Shown in pieces: positions 20,178 to 29,654 of a stretch of 64,000 bases of DNA. Every line of letters begins with the position of its first letter. Within the stretch, counting starts at the first letter, position 1. The position numbers were made by a program, and so were the translations under genes. Source of the DNA: a virus. Its lineage: Duplodnaviria > Caudoviricetes. The stretch lies in the IMG/VR virus record IMGVR_UViG_3300010346_001536; one strand, written 5' to 3'. The notes under the pieces are model-generated. The model was not told the origin of the DNA. It ran no database searches and saw only the letters and a list, made by a program, of their open reading frames with translations.

Positions 20178-20990
20178 TTATGTAAATAATTCTTTTTCCT
20201 GCCAACTACAATACCATAAATGCATCGCATAAGTTTCTGGATATATGTAACGATTTAATTTTTTTTCTATTTCTGGAATAGATAAGTTTCGAATAGATTG
20301 GCGTTGAACTCCTGGAAATGGAAAAAAGAAATTAGGCGGAAATACTACTGATAATGAATGTTTATCCATTTCTGCAATTATATTTCGGGAAAACATTTCA
20401 GGACCAGTAATGGTCATGATTTCGGGAATAGTGCGAGGAATAACTGTTATTTTATTGATATTTTGAATAATTTGTCCCACCAGCTTGTTTCCTGAAGAAC
20501 AAGCAAAGATGCCTGGTGCTGCACAAGTTTCGGCTTCGACTAGTCTTCCATCATATGAACCAATTAGACCACAAAAGAAGTCGAGGTAAAGTAAATCTTC
20601 AAAATTTTTACAACAGTAAAAATCAGTATCTATATAAATTCCGCCATAGCTGTAAGCTACTTCATAACGCACTATATCGGACTTAGCACTAGGATTTCGC
20701 ATATTATCATACATCCATTTATTGACTAGTCCAAATTCTTCGATTTCTTTTTCTGTCCATAGTAAAAATGCCCAATCAGGATGTTTTTCACGCCAGATAT
20801 CAGTTAATTTTTTATATTTATCCGGAAAAGGACTTCCCAACCAAATTTGGTGTATTATTTTAGGAATTTTAGGAGTTTTATCTCCTTGGAAGTTTAAATA
20901 ATAATCATTATAAGCTTTTTCCATTACTTCCCATCTATCGGAAGGTTGCATTTCTGAATTACATTTAAACATTGAATTTTTAAAAGTCAT
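20178..20990 (-). CDS. glycosyltransferase family 32 (DxD, OCH1-like)
   Basis: IPKIIHQIWLG, SDIVRY, GGIYIDTD, TGP, HLWYCSW. Confidence 0.88.
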   Translation of the reverse strand: MTFKNSMFKCNSEMQPSDRWEVMEKAYNDYYLNFQGDKTPKIPKIIHQIWLGSPFPDKYKKLTDIWREKHPDWAFLLWTEKEIEEFGLVNKWMYDNMRNPSAKSDIVRYEVAYSYGGIYIDTDFYCCKNFEDLLYLDFFCGLIGSYDGRLVEAETCAAPGIFACSSGNKLVGQIIQNINKITVIPRTIPEIMTITGPEMFSRNIIAEMDKHSLSVVFPPNFFFPFPGVQRQSIRNLSIPEIEKKLNRYIYPETYAMHLWYCSWQEKELFT

Positions 20991-21668
20991 TTAAATAAAT
21001 CCTTTATATCCGCGATTTTCTTCTTCGGTAAACCACTCATTATAACGTTTATTAGTTTCGAGTTGTACTTCAATAGTTTTATCATGAAATAAAGCTAATT
21101 CTTCTAATGGAGGTATAGCAGTAAATTTTGAAAATCCTATTAGTTTTTCATGTAATCGACGGTCCCATTTAATATTTCCATTTCGTTTAAAAATTCTTCC
21201 TTGATAATCAGGCCAATTAACACGGAGCTTATTGTAAGTTGGACTTATATCAAGGGTCCATCCCCATTGTTTAGCATGTTCATGAGTTAATCCATGAAAA
21301 CAATTTATACGAGGAACACAAAACATTTCAATTTCAGGATTTTCTTTTATAATTTCTTTAATATTTAATAAAAGAGTTTCGCCCGGCAATTCATCACTAT
21401 CTATTTGAAATATCCAATCCCCTTTACAACATTCATAAGCCCCGTAATTTTTATGAGCCCCATAATTTTTGTTTAAAGCATGTTGATAAAGATATACTTT
21501 ATCCATATAAGAAAATTTGTTTAATATTTCTAATGTTTCTTCATTATCTGAAAAATCATCAAGAATGATAATTTGGTCTTCATCTTGACAATAATCTATA
21601 ATTCTTTCTAATAAATTATTTAAAGTTTTTGTTTCATTGTGAACGGTAATAAGATACGATAAATTCAT
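20991..21668 (-). CDS. glycosyltransferase family 2
   Basis: ITVHNE, LDDFS, WIFQIDSDE, WPDYQGR, LHE. Confidence 0.85.
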   Translation of the reverse strand: MNLSYLITVHNETKTLNNLLERIIDYCQDEDQIIILDDFSDNEETLEILNKFSYMDKVYLYQHALNKNYGAHKNYGAYECCKGDWIFQIDSDELPGETLLLNIKEIIKENPEIEMFCVPRINCFHGLTHEHAKQWGWTLDISPTYNKLRVNWPDYQGRIFKRNGNIKWDRRLHEKLIGFSKFTAIPPLEELALFHDKTIEVQLETNKRYNEWFTEEENRGYKGFI

Positions 21669-21673
21669 ACATA

Positions 21674-23131
21674 TTATTTAGAAATTTCGGTTTCTAATTT
21701 ATTTGCTTCTTTTAATTCTGCATCTTTCGTAGGTATTTCTACACTTCCTTGTCCGCTGGACGCCTGTAAATTAGGAGTTTCGGCAGACATACTACTTGTT
21801 ATTTCGGATGGAGGCGTAGTGGATGAATTAGATTTTGGTAAAGTAATTCTTCTAAGCTTTGGCAATTTAATTTCTTCTTCTATAGCAAATTTTGGAACAT
21901 TTTTATCAAGTAAAGAGTGAAACGCTTTATCCATTGCTTGAATTGAAAATTTCTCCATGTTTTCAATACGAAGATTTTCATATTTATTTAAAAGTTTTTC
22001 ATCATAATGATTATAGATATTTTTTAATATTTTTCCGGCTTCTTCATAATTAACATCAAACCATTGAGCTTCTTTAATGAACCAGTCATTAATAGCTTCA
22101 TTTGGGATGGGAGAAAGTTTACCCGGAAAGAAATCAGCATATTGAGCATTTAAAAAATCTAAATGTCCTGACCATTTTGGAGTTATAACAGGCTTTCCAC
22201 TAAGCGAAGCTAAAAGTAATGGGTGTCCGAATCCCTCGCCATGAGTAAATGATATATGAGCTTTAATTTTTTTATGATTGTATAAAGCATTCATTTCTAT
22301 ATCTGTTAATTCTCCGTGTATCAAATAAACATTGGGTAATTTAATGTTGGGACGTTGACTTTTTACCATGTTAATGACATCATTAATTTTATTAATGCAA
22401 TCATATTTATCTATAATACTTATTTGAGCTCCATTTGTTTTGAGAATTAAGGCCGGAGCGTTGTCCATATTAGAAAAAGTTTCTAAGAAAGTTTTAATAA
22501 GCCATCCTATAGCTTTTCGGTCTGAATTAATATTACCGGCAGTCCATTGTCCAACAAAAAGAAAATAAAAATCTTCCGGAAATTTTTCGATAATATTATT
22601 TACTTCGGGAGATTCTATTCCATTTTTACCATATATTTTTGTATCTGCTCCCCAGAATAAAACATCCATCGGTTTTTTTAAAAGTAAAGATTCTGTAGTT
22701 CCATCTGGATTTCTTTTTGTATAATTAGCTCCGACAAATATATCTTTTGTAAATTGTGAAGTTACAATATTATATTGCATTCTGTTTAAACCTTCAATCC
22801 ATTCGGGTTTTGGAACAGTAGTTTCAATGCCAGCCGTCATTCCAATATTAAATTTGGCAGGAGTAGCAAATTCATTTGGAATTGTCATTTGAATAAATAA
22901 TTCGGGCTGTCTATGTAGATTTTGACGAAGAACCATTCCTAATAATTCTTTAATTTCGGGGTCGGCCTGTTCGTCCAGATTTCTTTGACTACAAGCGCCC
23001 CAAGGAGTAGGAGCTAATTTTAAATCAAACTTATTATATCGAAGAAGACTTTTAGCAATAGTTAATGCCCAATCTCCATATCCTGACCGGGTCCAAATGG
23101 GACTTTGTAAAATGCAAACTGGTTTTTTCAT
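21674..23131 (-). CDS. glycosyltransferase family 4
   Basis: RSGYG, FLFVGQW, HGEGFGHPLLLA...PVI; low-complexity C-terminal tail. Confidence 0.8.
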   Translation of the reverse strand: MKKPVCILQSPIWTRSGYGDWALTIAKSLLRYNKFDLKLAPTPWGACSQRNLDEQADPEIKELLGMVLRQNLHRQPELFIQMTIPNEFATPAKFNIGMTAGIETTVPKPEWIEGLNRMQYNIVTSQFTKDIFVGANYTKRNPDGTTESLLLKKPMDVLFWGADTKIYGKNGIESPEVNNIIEKFPEDFYFLFVGQWTAGNINSDRKAIGWLIKTFLETFSNMDNAPALILKTNGAQISIIDKYDCINKINDVINMVKSQRPNIKLPNVYLIHGELTDIEMNALYNHKKIKAHISFTHGEGFGHPLLLASLSGKPVITPKWSGHLDFLNAQYADFFPGKLSPIPNEAINDWFIKEAQWFDVNYEEAGKILKNIYNHYDEKLLNKYENLRIENMEKFSIQAMDKAFHSLLDKNVPKFAIEEEIKLPKLRRITLPKSNSSTTPPSEITSSMSAETPNLQASSGQGSVEIPTKDAELKEANKLETEISK

Positions 23132-23141
23132 ATTTTTAATA

Positions 23142-23441
23142 TTATTTTTTACGTAAATTTTTTAATTCGTCCGCAATTTTAAAACATAAATCAACTGCAA
23201 TTTTTGTTGCTTTTTCTGTATTAAATACATTCTTTTTTGGTATTGGGGTCCAGCACATAGAAGCTTCTCCTATTGCTTCAAATACCGCATGATACATTTT
23301 AGAGGAAATTAGAAATCCTAGTGGGCGTTTTTTATATGGAAGTTTCATAGCTTCTTTTTTCGACATCACTATACCATTAAAAAACGCCGAATCGTCTGGT
23401 AATAATGTAATGCCGTTTGGTAATATTTTAGTTTTTTTCAT
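23142..23441 (-). CDS. hypothetical protein
   Basis: 99 aa ORF, coupled to its neighbour. Confidence 0.55.
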   Translation of the reverse strand: MKKTKILPNGITLLPDDSAFFNGIVMSKKEAMKLPYKKRPLGFLISSKMYHAVFEAIGEASMCWTPIPKKNVFNTEKATKIAVDLCFKIADELKNLRKK

Positions 23442-23659
23442 ATATCAATTTTTTTAGGAGATATATTATATTTAATTTTAAATTCTTTATAAAGCTCTTC
23501 TAAGCATTCGTCACATAAATGAAATTCACATCCGGTCATATCATGAGCACTACCATACCAACTAGCAGTTTTTACTTCTGAAAAACATTCTCTATCAGGA
23601 TGCTTATCGCAAAAATATTGAACTTCTTCTAATACTTTTTCCGCTAAAACTTTTTTCAT
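23438..23659 (-). CDS. small zinc-finger-like protein
   Basis: CDKH...CDEC. Confidence 0.55.
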   Translation of the reverse strand: MKKVLAEKVLEEVQYFCDKHPDRECFSEVKTASWYGSAHDMTGCEFHLCDECLEELYKEFKIKYNISPKKIDI

Positions 23660-23668
23660 GTTACTTTA

Positions 23669-24433
23669 TTATGATTTTCTTTCTCTAATACCCGTAGGTA
23701 ATATAGGTTGGTTTGAACGGGGACGATTATCTTCTAATCTTTCTCGTTCTCGTACCTGGTCAATATATCTTCGTTTGACAGGAACTCCTCCCGTTTTATT
23801 ATAGATACTAGCTAATCCACCTTGAATTTCTTCTTGAGATTCGACCCGTTGTCCAGTGGAACCGTGACCTCCTTCTCCCCGAGAGGTTTCTGAAAGCTCA
23901 GTAGTAAACACAAAGTTAATAGGATTCGTTCTTTCTGCTACGAGCTGTGCAATTTTATCTCCTTTACGATAAACCTTAGTCCAATTAATACCGGCTAATA
24001 AATTTAAAGGACGAAATCCTTTTTCTGCCTCTTCATAATTAATTACAAAATCTTCTGGTTGAAAAATATATTTAAAGGATACAAGAATTTCTCCCCGGTA
24101 ATCATTATCAATTAATCCAATACTATTAGCCAGAACTAAATTGTATTTTCGTACAGAAGAACGAGGATGTAAATCAAGATGATGATATTCATCAGAAGAT
24201 TTCCATTTGGGTTGCATTTTAAGGGCCGTATGATATTCTAAATAGCTAATGCTTTTATAAAGTGGAATTTTTGTTCCATCTTCAAGAGTCTGTTCACCTC
24301 CGATTTCACCGACAACGGTAGGGTCATCCACGGCTACTATATCATATCCAGCCGCCAAAGAATCGGGATTTCCATCGCCATGAATGGGCAAACGGCCCTT
24401 ACCTTCTATATTAAGAACATTTACAGTAATCAT
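23669..24433 (-). CDS. dut: trimeric dUTPase with C-terminal extension
   Basis: AGYDI, PRSS, NSIGLIDNDYRGEI, GDKIAQL, RGEGGHGSTG. Start placed at ATG 24433, just after the promoter. Confidence 0.9.
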   Translation of the reverse strand: MITVNVLNIEGKGRLPIHGDGNPDSLAAGYDIVAVDDPTVVGEIGGEQTLEDGTKIPLYKSISYLEYHTALKMQPKWKSSDEYHHLDLHPRSSVRKYNLVLANSIGLIDNDYRGEILVSFKYIFQPEDFVINYEEAEKGFRPLNLLAGINWTKVYRKGDKIAQLVAERTNPINFVFTTELSETSRGEGGHGSTGQRVESQEEIQGGLASIYNKTGGVPVKRRYIDQVRERERLEDNRPRSNQPILPTGIRERKS

Positions 24434-24440
24434 ATTCAAA

Positions 24441-24469
24441 AATGTAACATAGGGTTTATTTTATTGCAA
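24441..24469 (-). promoter_or_regulatory. sigma70-type promoter (near-leaderless dut mRNA)
   Basis: Minus strand TTGCAA-17 nt-TACATT with TG extension; ATG 7 nt downstream. Confidence 0.6.
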
Positions 24470-24473
24470 CTTT

Positions 24474-25976
24474 TTATATTTTTAGTTGTGAAATTTTTTC
24501 AAGTAATTTTTCTTTATTAATTTTGTCAAATGTAAATCCCATTTTTCCATTTGGCATTTTGTTACCAATATATTCTTTGACGGGATTATGAATATTAAAT
24601 CTCTTTGGCGGAGTCCAGTTTTTAAATAAATATTCCATGCCTTCTATAAAAGTTTTTCCCATATTTTCAGAATTAAGCCCTCCCTCGGCACATGCCCATC
24701 TGCGGCCCTCTGCACCACAGGCCGTTCGCTTTTTGTCTCCCATGAGATACCAATACATAAACCCCTCGGCAAAGTCTTCCCATTTAGTTAGGTCATCAAA
24801 AATGTATGGGGTGGGTATTGACCCCTGTACAAGGCGTGTTACGGGCCATACAGGATATGCCCACGGACCATGTTTTTTGTAACGGCCAATGTTATTCGAA
24901 CCAAAATCCGCATCAAATTCTACGGGATTTCCGTTATCATCTAATTGTCCAATTTGGTCTTGTAATCCTCCAGTAACTGATACAATAATAGGTGTACCAC
25001 TCATAATAGATTCAGCCGCGGATAATCCAAATCCTTCGTTAGAAGAAGCATTTACCGTAATATCTGCAATATTATACATTAAATTCATATCGTCCGGAGA
25101 GAGTTTTCCCGGTGAAAAAATAATATTGTAATTAGGACAAAATGCTTCTTTAACAGCAATTAAATTAGTACCTGCATCTTGCATAATTTCTGTGTGCAAA
25201 ACAAGAGCACATTTTTCTGCTTCTTCTTTTGGCAAATTATCACAGAATTGTCGATAAGCAAGAATAATATTGCTCGTTCGTTTTCGGTGAACATTTCGAC
25301 TATTATAAAGAATTATGAATTTATAATCTTTTCCTTGTGTTAATCGTTTTCGAAATTCAATAAGAGATTCATTATTTTTTTCTAATGGTCTAAAAGTTTC
25401 TTTATTGATGCCATGCGGACAATATTGTAATAAGGTACGGCCATTCATAGGACCATCACCCACTAAACATATATTTTCTGGTCCAAGAACCCATTTGTTA
25501 ATATTAAAGGTTTGTTTACTAATGCTAAATAAAGCATCACAGCTTTCATAGAATGGCCGATTATACATTGGATAAGGAATATCATCCCAAATATTAAGAT
25601 AAGTTATTGGAATGTTAGAACGAATTTGTTTTTCTAATACATAAAGCCATCCCCAAAAGCGAGGGTCTGTAAAATGAAAAATAGCATTGGGGCGTTCTAT
25701 TGCCATAATTTGAAAAAGAATTTGCTCATTACCATAACCATCAGTAGGATATAGTTTTACATAAGCATCTGTCATTTTTTTCATTTCATTTGTAGATTGT
25801 GATAAGTCATAAGCATTTCCTTTATCAGGGTGCTTAATGGCTCCGGCAATTTGAACCCAATTAAACGTATGAACCGTGGCCAATACCAATTCTCGCATCA
25901 TCGTAGCTACTCCGGAATGCATCCGAAGGTCGTCAGCAAGAGCTAAAATAGTAGGTTTTCCATTATTTGCAGGCAT
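24474..25976 (-). CDS. glycosyltransferase family 4
   Basis: HSGVA, PHGI, RNVHRKR, NEGFGLSAAESIMSGTPII...GGLQDQ. Confidence 0.85.
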   Translation of the reverse strand: MPANNGKPTILALADDLRMHSGVATMMRELVLATVHTFNWVQIAGAIKHPDKGNAYDLSQSTNEMKKMTDAYVKLYPTDGYGNEQILFQIMAIERPNAIFHFTDPRFWGWLYVLEKQIRSNIPITYLNIWDDIPYPMYNRPFYESCDALFSISKQTFNINKWVLGPENICLVGDGPMNGRTLLQYCPHGINKETFRPLEKNNESLIEFRKRLTQGKDYKFIILYNSRNVHRKRTSNIILAYRQFCDNLPKEEAEKCALVLHTEIMQDAGTNLIAVKEAFCPNYNIIFSPGKLSPDDMNLMYNIADITVNASSNEGFGLSAAESIMSGTPIIVSVTGGLQDQIGQLDDNGNPVEFDADFGSNNIGRYKKHGPWAYPVWPVTRLVQGSIPTPYIFDDLTKWEDFAEGFMYWYLMGDKKRTACGAEGRRWACAEGGLNSENMGKTFIEGMEYLFKNWTPPKRFNIHNPVKEYIGNKMPNGKMGFTFDKINKEKLLEKISQLKI

Positions 25977-26000
25977 ATTTTCAAAACTTTCTGTTAAATT

Positions 26001-26234
26001 TTAATACATTGATGTAGAAATAGGAGCTGTAATAATTGAAGATGTTGTATAAAATAAAGACCCAGTAAAATTATTCATTTCAGTTCTGAAATCTTCTTCA
26101 TTAACATAACGATATATCGCTCTTTCTACTAATTTTTGAAGTGTTAGTTTATATCTAATTCCAAGAATTTTAAATCCATCATATAAATCATTATTTACTT
26201 TAACAGTGGTCGCAACTTTATTTTTAGTATTCAT
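26001..26234 (-). CDS. small ribbon-helix-helix-like protein
   Basis: ATTVKVNNDLYDGFK...LQKLVERAIYRY; start taken at MNTKNK. Confidence 0.5.
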   Translation of the reverse strand: MNTKNKVATTVKVNNDLYDGFKILGIRYKLTLQKLVERAIYRYVNEEDFRTEMNNFTGSLFYTTSSIITAPISTSMY

Positions 26235-26302
26235 AAAATAATTTTGTACATCTATATGTATCAATGTATTTTAAAAATCGAATATTTATATTTCATATTT
26301 TA

Positions 26303-26334
26303 CAAAAAAAAATGTCTTCCATATGGAAGACATT
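26303..26334 (-). terminator. intrinsic terminator / 24-bp perfect palindrome
   Basis: AATGTCTTCCATATGGAAGACATT (26311-26334) followed by a T-run on the minus strand, downstream of the nuclease gene. Confidence 0.7.
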
Positions 26335-26361
26335 AATTTTAAAATTTATTAAATAAATTTT

Positions 26362-27237
26362 TTAAAGGGGAGGGTCGGCTATACCATCACATTTGCCATT
26401 CTTTTTATATTGGCACCATTTACAATTGGTTTTATTCTTTCCCGGTTGTTTAGGGTAACGAGCATCAACTTTATGTAACCCTTCTTTAGTAAAACAATAT
26501 TCTACAAATTCTCGGAATTCTTTGATAACTTGACGTACATTTTCTTGATATGCCGGAGGTTTAAAAATTTGAATATGAGTTTGTTTATATTTAACATTTT
26601 CATATAATTTTCGTTTAAGAATAATAAATTCAACATGAATTTTACTAAGAGGAATATTATTATTTTTACTATATACAGCTTTGTAAAGTACTAGCTGGCT
26701 TGTTTTTGTAAAATCTTCTTTCATGCTATTATTCCATTCTCGAGTAGCAGTTTTAATATCAATAATGCGAATATTACCCGAAATTTTTTCTTTGAGTACA
26801 AGGTCAAGATAGGCGTCCAGATTAACATTATTAACAATGGGCGATGTAAATTTAACTTCAGTTCCAATTAAATCATATTTGTCTCTGGAAAAATTAAGTT
26901 TAATGTTTACTGGATTAATAAACTCAGAAATAATAGCTTTGCCATCCTCAATAAATTCATCAAATTCTTTTTGTGTATATTTAATATTTTTTGTTGTTAT
27001 TAATTGTTTAAATCTTTCAATAAAAGGTGTAATTAAATCTAATTTATAAGCTGTCTCTTCTGATTCATTATAATAAATGGTAAGAAATTTTTGTAAAGCT
27101 TCATGTATAGCCGTTCCAAAAGACATATGAACGCTATCTTCAAATACTTTTTCTTTTAAAATATAATCCCGCATCCATTGATACGGACATATCCAGAATT
27201 TAGCAAATTGACTATAAGAAACAATATGTTTTTGCAT
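26362..27237 (-). CDS. PD-(D/E)XK nuclease (RecB/Cas4-like exonuclease)
   Basis: SYSQ...CP, FGTAIHEAL, YLDL, IIDIKT, QLVLY, CKWCQY...C. Confidence 0.85.
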   Translation of the reverse strand: MQKHIVSYSQFAKFWICPYQWMRDYILKEKVFEDSVHMSFGTAIHEALQKFLTIYYNESEETAYKLDLITPFIERFKQLITTKNIKYTQKEFDEFIEDGKAIISEFINPVNIKLNFSRDKYDLIGTEVKFTSPIVNNVNLDAYLDLVLKEKISGNIRIIDIKTATREWNNSMKEDFTKTSQLVLYKAVYSKNNNIPLSKIHVEFIILKRKLYENVKYKQTHIQIFKPPAYQENVRQVIKEFREFVEYCFTKEGLHKVDARYPKQPGKNKTNCKWCQYKKNGKCDGIADPPL

Positions 27238-27342
27238 AATTTTGAACTATTAAATCAAACTTCAGAAAAATTTCAATTTTTTATAACTCATTTTTAATAT
27301 GCGGTCTTCTATTAATTATTTTTTAGAGATATTTATTTCTTG

Positions 27343-28053
27343 ATGAAAACATTAATTTTTATTTTTATATTGATGGCTTCAAGCCTTTTTGCAACCGAAG
27401 GAGTATTTTATGTGAATAAATCAATAATTTCACATCAAATTGCTCAGAGTGGAATGACTATAACTAATAAACTTATAGCTGGAAGCACTTCTATAATCGA
27501 ATCGACAACTCTTACGGAATTATTACCATTAGAAAAAACAACTGTTTATTTATCGGGGGGTTTTATTATTGAGGCAGATAATAATTCAGTTTTTTCTATT
27601 AATGCGTTTGACCAAGAAGTAAAAAATTTAACAAATTCGCCCAGCCTCGCAATATTTGGACCCCATAATATTAATATTATGTTATCCAAAGGAAATTTTA
27701 TTATTTCTTATAAATCTAAAAACGAGGATTCAATTTGTACAATAAGCACTCCTTTAGCAATGTATCAATTAAACGAAGGAGAATTTTTATTTCAAATTAG
27801 TAATGAAAAAAGTCTAGTATATGTTTTAGATGGCATGATGATTGTACATGGAGATAAAAACCGCGCAGATTCGGCTAAAAAGGGCAGTAAGTCTATTACT
27901 GGACAAATTGATACTGATGTAGCTACAACTACTCGTCCAATTAATGTTGAAGAAAATAATTCTATTATTGCGGCCACGGAAAACAAAACTTTAGAAGATA
28001 TTCGATTTATTATAATAGATGGAAAAGTACGTGGTGTTAAAATGTCTCCATAG
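27343..28053 (+). CDS. signal-peptide-bearing FecR-like protein
   Basis: Signal peptide MKTLIFIFILMASSLFA; FecR-like ISTPLA...GEF...VYVLDG. Confidence 0.55.
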   Translation: MKTLIFIFILMASSLFATEGVFYVNKSIISHQIAQSGMTITNKLIAGSTSIIESTTLTELLPLEKTTVYLSGGFIIEADNNSVFSINAFDQEVKNLTNSPSLAIFGPHNINIMLSKGNFIISYKSKNEDSICTISTPLAMYQLNEGEFLFQISNEKSLVYVLDGMMIVHGDKNRADSAKKGSKSITGQIDTDVATTTRPINVEENNSIIAATENKTLEDIRFIIIDGKVRGVKMSP

Positions 28054-28066
28054 CTAGCCCTCATAT

Positions 28067-28090
28067 GTGTCTTTTAAGGCACTTTATTTT
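28067..28090 (+). terminator. possible intrinsic terminator
   Basis: GTGTCTT-TT-AAGGCAC hairpin followed by TTTATTTT. Confidence 0.5.
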
Positions 28091-28105
28091 ACAAGTTAAA
28101 AAAAG

Positions 28106-28134
28106 TTGCATATTTAATTGAACTGTGTTATATT
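28106..28134 (+). promoter_or_regulatory. sigma70-type promoter
   Basis: TTGCAT-17 nt-TATATT with TGn extension. Confidence 0.6.
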
Positions 28135-28151
28135 CTTTTTGTTTAAAATAA

Positions 28152-28415
28152 ATGACTCTTTCTCAATTAGATAGTTTAACTGAAGAAGAACTTGGTATGG
28201 CTTTGTTTATAATTAACCATATCAGTCCACTCGAATTGCCGAAAATGCAATTTGAACCACAACATTTAACATGGTTTAGACATGAAATGCTTGTAAAGAA
28301 ATTTCTTAATTCTTTTAATCGTTTGAAACCCGAAGGTTATCCCATTTATGTATCTCTTATGCAAAAGCTTGGAGTAAAAATTGAAATTAATCAATCAAAT
28401 ATTGAAAGTGTTTAA
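28152..28415 (+). CDS. hypothetical protein
   Basis: 87 aa ORF after a promoter. Confidence 0.55.
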   Translation: MTLSQLDSLTEEELGMALFIINHISPLELPKMQFEPQHLTWFRHEMLVKKFLNSFNRLKPEGYPIYVSLMQKLGVKIEINQSNIESV

Positions 28416-28420
28416 ATAAT

Positions 28421-28636
28421 ATGAATAAAGATAATTTACCGAAAAAATCTACGTTTTGGATGTTATTTGATGTAGATAATGGGCATGAACCTACTAAGCA
28501 TTATTGCTGGTGGTTTAATACCTATCGACATGCTCAGAGCTTTAAAAAATGGCATAAAACACGAGAATTTGCGGCCACTCTCGTAGGTCCAGTCAAGGTT
28601 AATATTGATAAGAATTTTAAAAAATATGAAAGATGA
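28421..28636 (+). CDS. hypothetical protein
   Basis: 71 aa ORF in a co-oriented run. Confidence 0.5.
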   Translation: MNKDNLPKKSTFWMLFDVDNGHEPTKHYCWWFNTYRHAQSFKKWHKTREFAATLVGPVKVNIDKNFKKYER

Positions 28637-29114
28637 TTATGAGTTAAAAAAGATAAAAACATTAGAGATAATTGGTTTACATCGCCAAAGAGTGTTTCAA
28701 ATAATGTCTCGTTTATCTCAGGAAATGATATTAAGAGGTAATAAACATGATGAATCTAAATTTGAATCAGAAGAATTGCCTTATTATATTGATACAATAG
28801 ATGTATTTGAAAAAAATCATTTTGATAGTGAAGGTTATTATAAAGCCAAGAAATCATTAGGGCCGGCTTTGGAGCATCATTATAAACATAATCGCCATCA
28901 TCCCGAACATTTTAATAATGGGATTGAGGGGATGAATTTAGTGGATATATTAGAACTTTTAGCTGATTGGAAATCGGCTACCTTGAATCATCCAAATCAC
29001 CGAGGAGATATATTAGAATCTGTAGATATATTATCTAAAAAATATGGAATTTGCGACCAACTTAAAACTCTTCTTATTAATACATTAAAAGATTTTGATA
29101 TGGTCGATAATTAA
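28626..29114 (+). CDS. HD-like phosphohydrolase (DUF5662-like)
   Basis: HDESKF, HHYKHNRHHPEHF, ELLADW. Confidence 0.75.
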   Translation: MKDDYELKKIKTLEIIGLHRQRVFQIMSRLSQEMILRGNKHDESKFESEELPYYIDTIDVFEKNHFDSEGYYKAKKSLGPALEHHYKHNRHHPEHFNNGIEGMNLVDILELLADWKSATLNHPNHRGDILESVDILSKKYGICDQLKTLLINTLKDFDMVDN

Positions 29115-29123
29115 TTTAATGAT

Positions 29124-29366
29124 ATGAAATTAGATGTTACTGAATTTACAATTAAATGTAGAATGAAAACTCGTTGGGTTCCTCATTTTTTATCTATGCT
29201 TAAATATATGCAGTTCCTTGGGTCAGCAGGAAGCTCGCGCCTTGTTTCTTTTTATGCTGACGGCGATGGCGACTTTCATCCTAAATTTGAATGGGATGAA
29301 AAATTGTTGTCGGATGCGCGGCCCGTGAAAGATGTTGAAGGAAACCGAACTTACGATGCAGGATGA
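29124..29366 (+). CDS. hypothetical phage protein
   Basis: 80 aa ORF with GSSR...YADGDGDF. Confidence 0.6.
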   Translation: MKLDVTEFTIKCRMKTRWVPHFLSMLKYMQFLGSAGSSRLVSFYADGDGDFHPKFEWDEKLLSDARPVKDVEGNRTYDAG

Positions 29367-29593
29367 AAGCTATAGAATTTCCAGAGGCAAATGCTATTTT
29401 TGCCAAAAATCAATCATCTTATATGCAATTGCCAGCATATAAATCACCAGATGGAATTGTCACATCTTGTTATAAATTAACATGGAAAGAACGATTACAA
29501 ATACTCTTTGGGGCTAATATTTGGGTTAGTTTAATGACATTCAATAAGCCGTTACAACCTCAAAGATTATATGTAGGCAAAAAGATATGTTAA
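29363..29593 (+). CDS. hypothetical phage protein
   Basis: 76 aa ORF (MKAIEFPEAN...LPAY...ERL...LQP); ATGA overlap. Confidence 0.6.
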   Translation: MKAIEFPEANAIFAKNQSSYMQLPAYKSPDGIVTSCYKLTWKERLQILFGANIWVSLMTFNKPLQPQRLYVGKKIC

Positions 29594-29600
29594 GAAAGTC

Positions 29601-29628
29601 TTGACTTTTTAAGGTCTTTCTTTATAAT
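29601..29628 (+). promoter_or_regulatory. sigma70-type promoter for the DNA polymerase gene
   Basis: TTGACT-16 nt-TATAAT. Confidence 0.65.
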
Positions 29629-29654
29629 CTCGTGAAATAATATAAAGGTTATTT

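Noticed and set aside
8944-23131. Bacterial O-antigen or capsule locus
   Set aside because: No wzx, wzy, wzz, ABC exporter or initiating transferase, and the flanks are phage-type replisome and hypothetical genes.
26362-27237. CRISPR-associated Cas4
   Set aside because: No cas genes or array nearby; stand-alone Cas4-like PD-(D/E)XK nucleases are common in phages.
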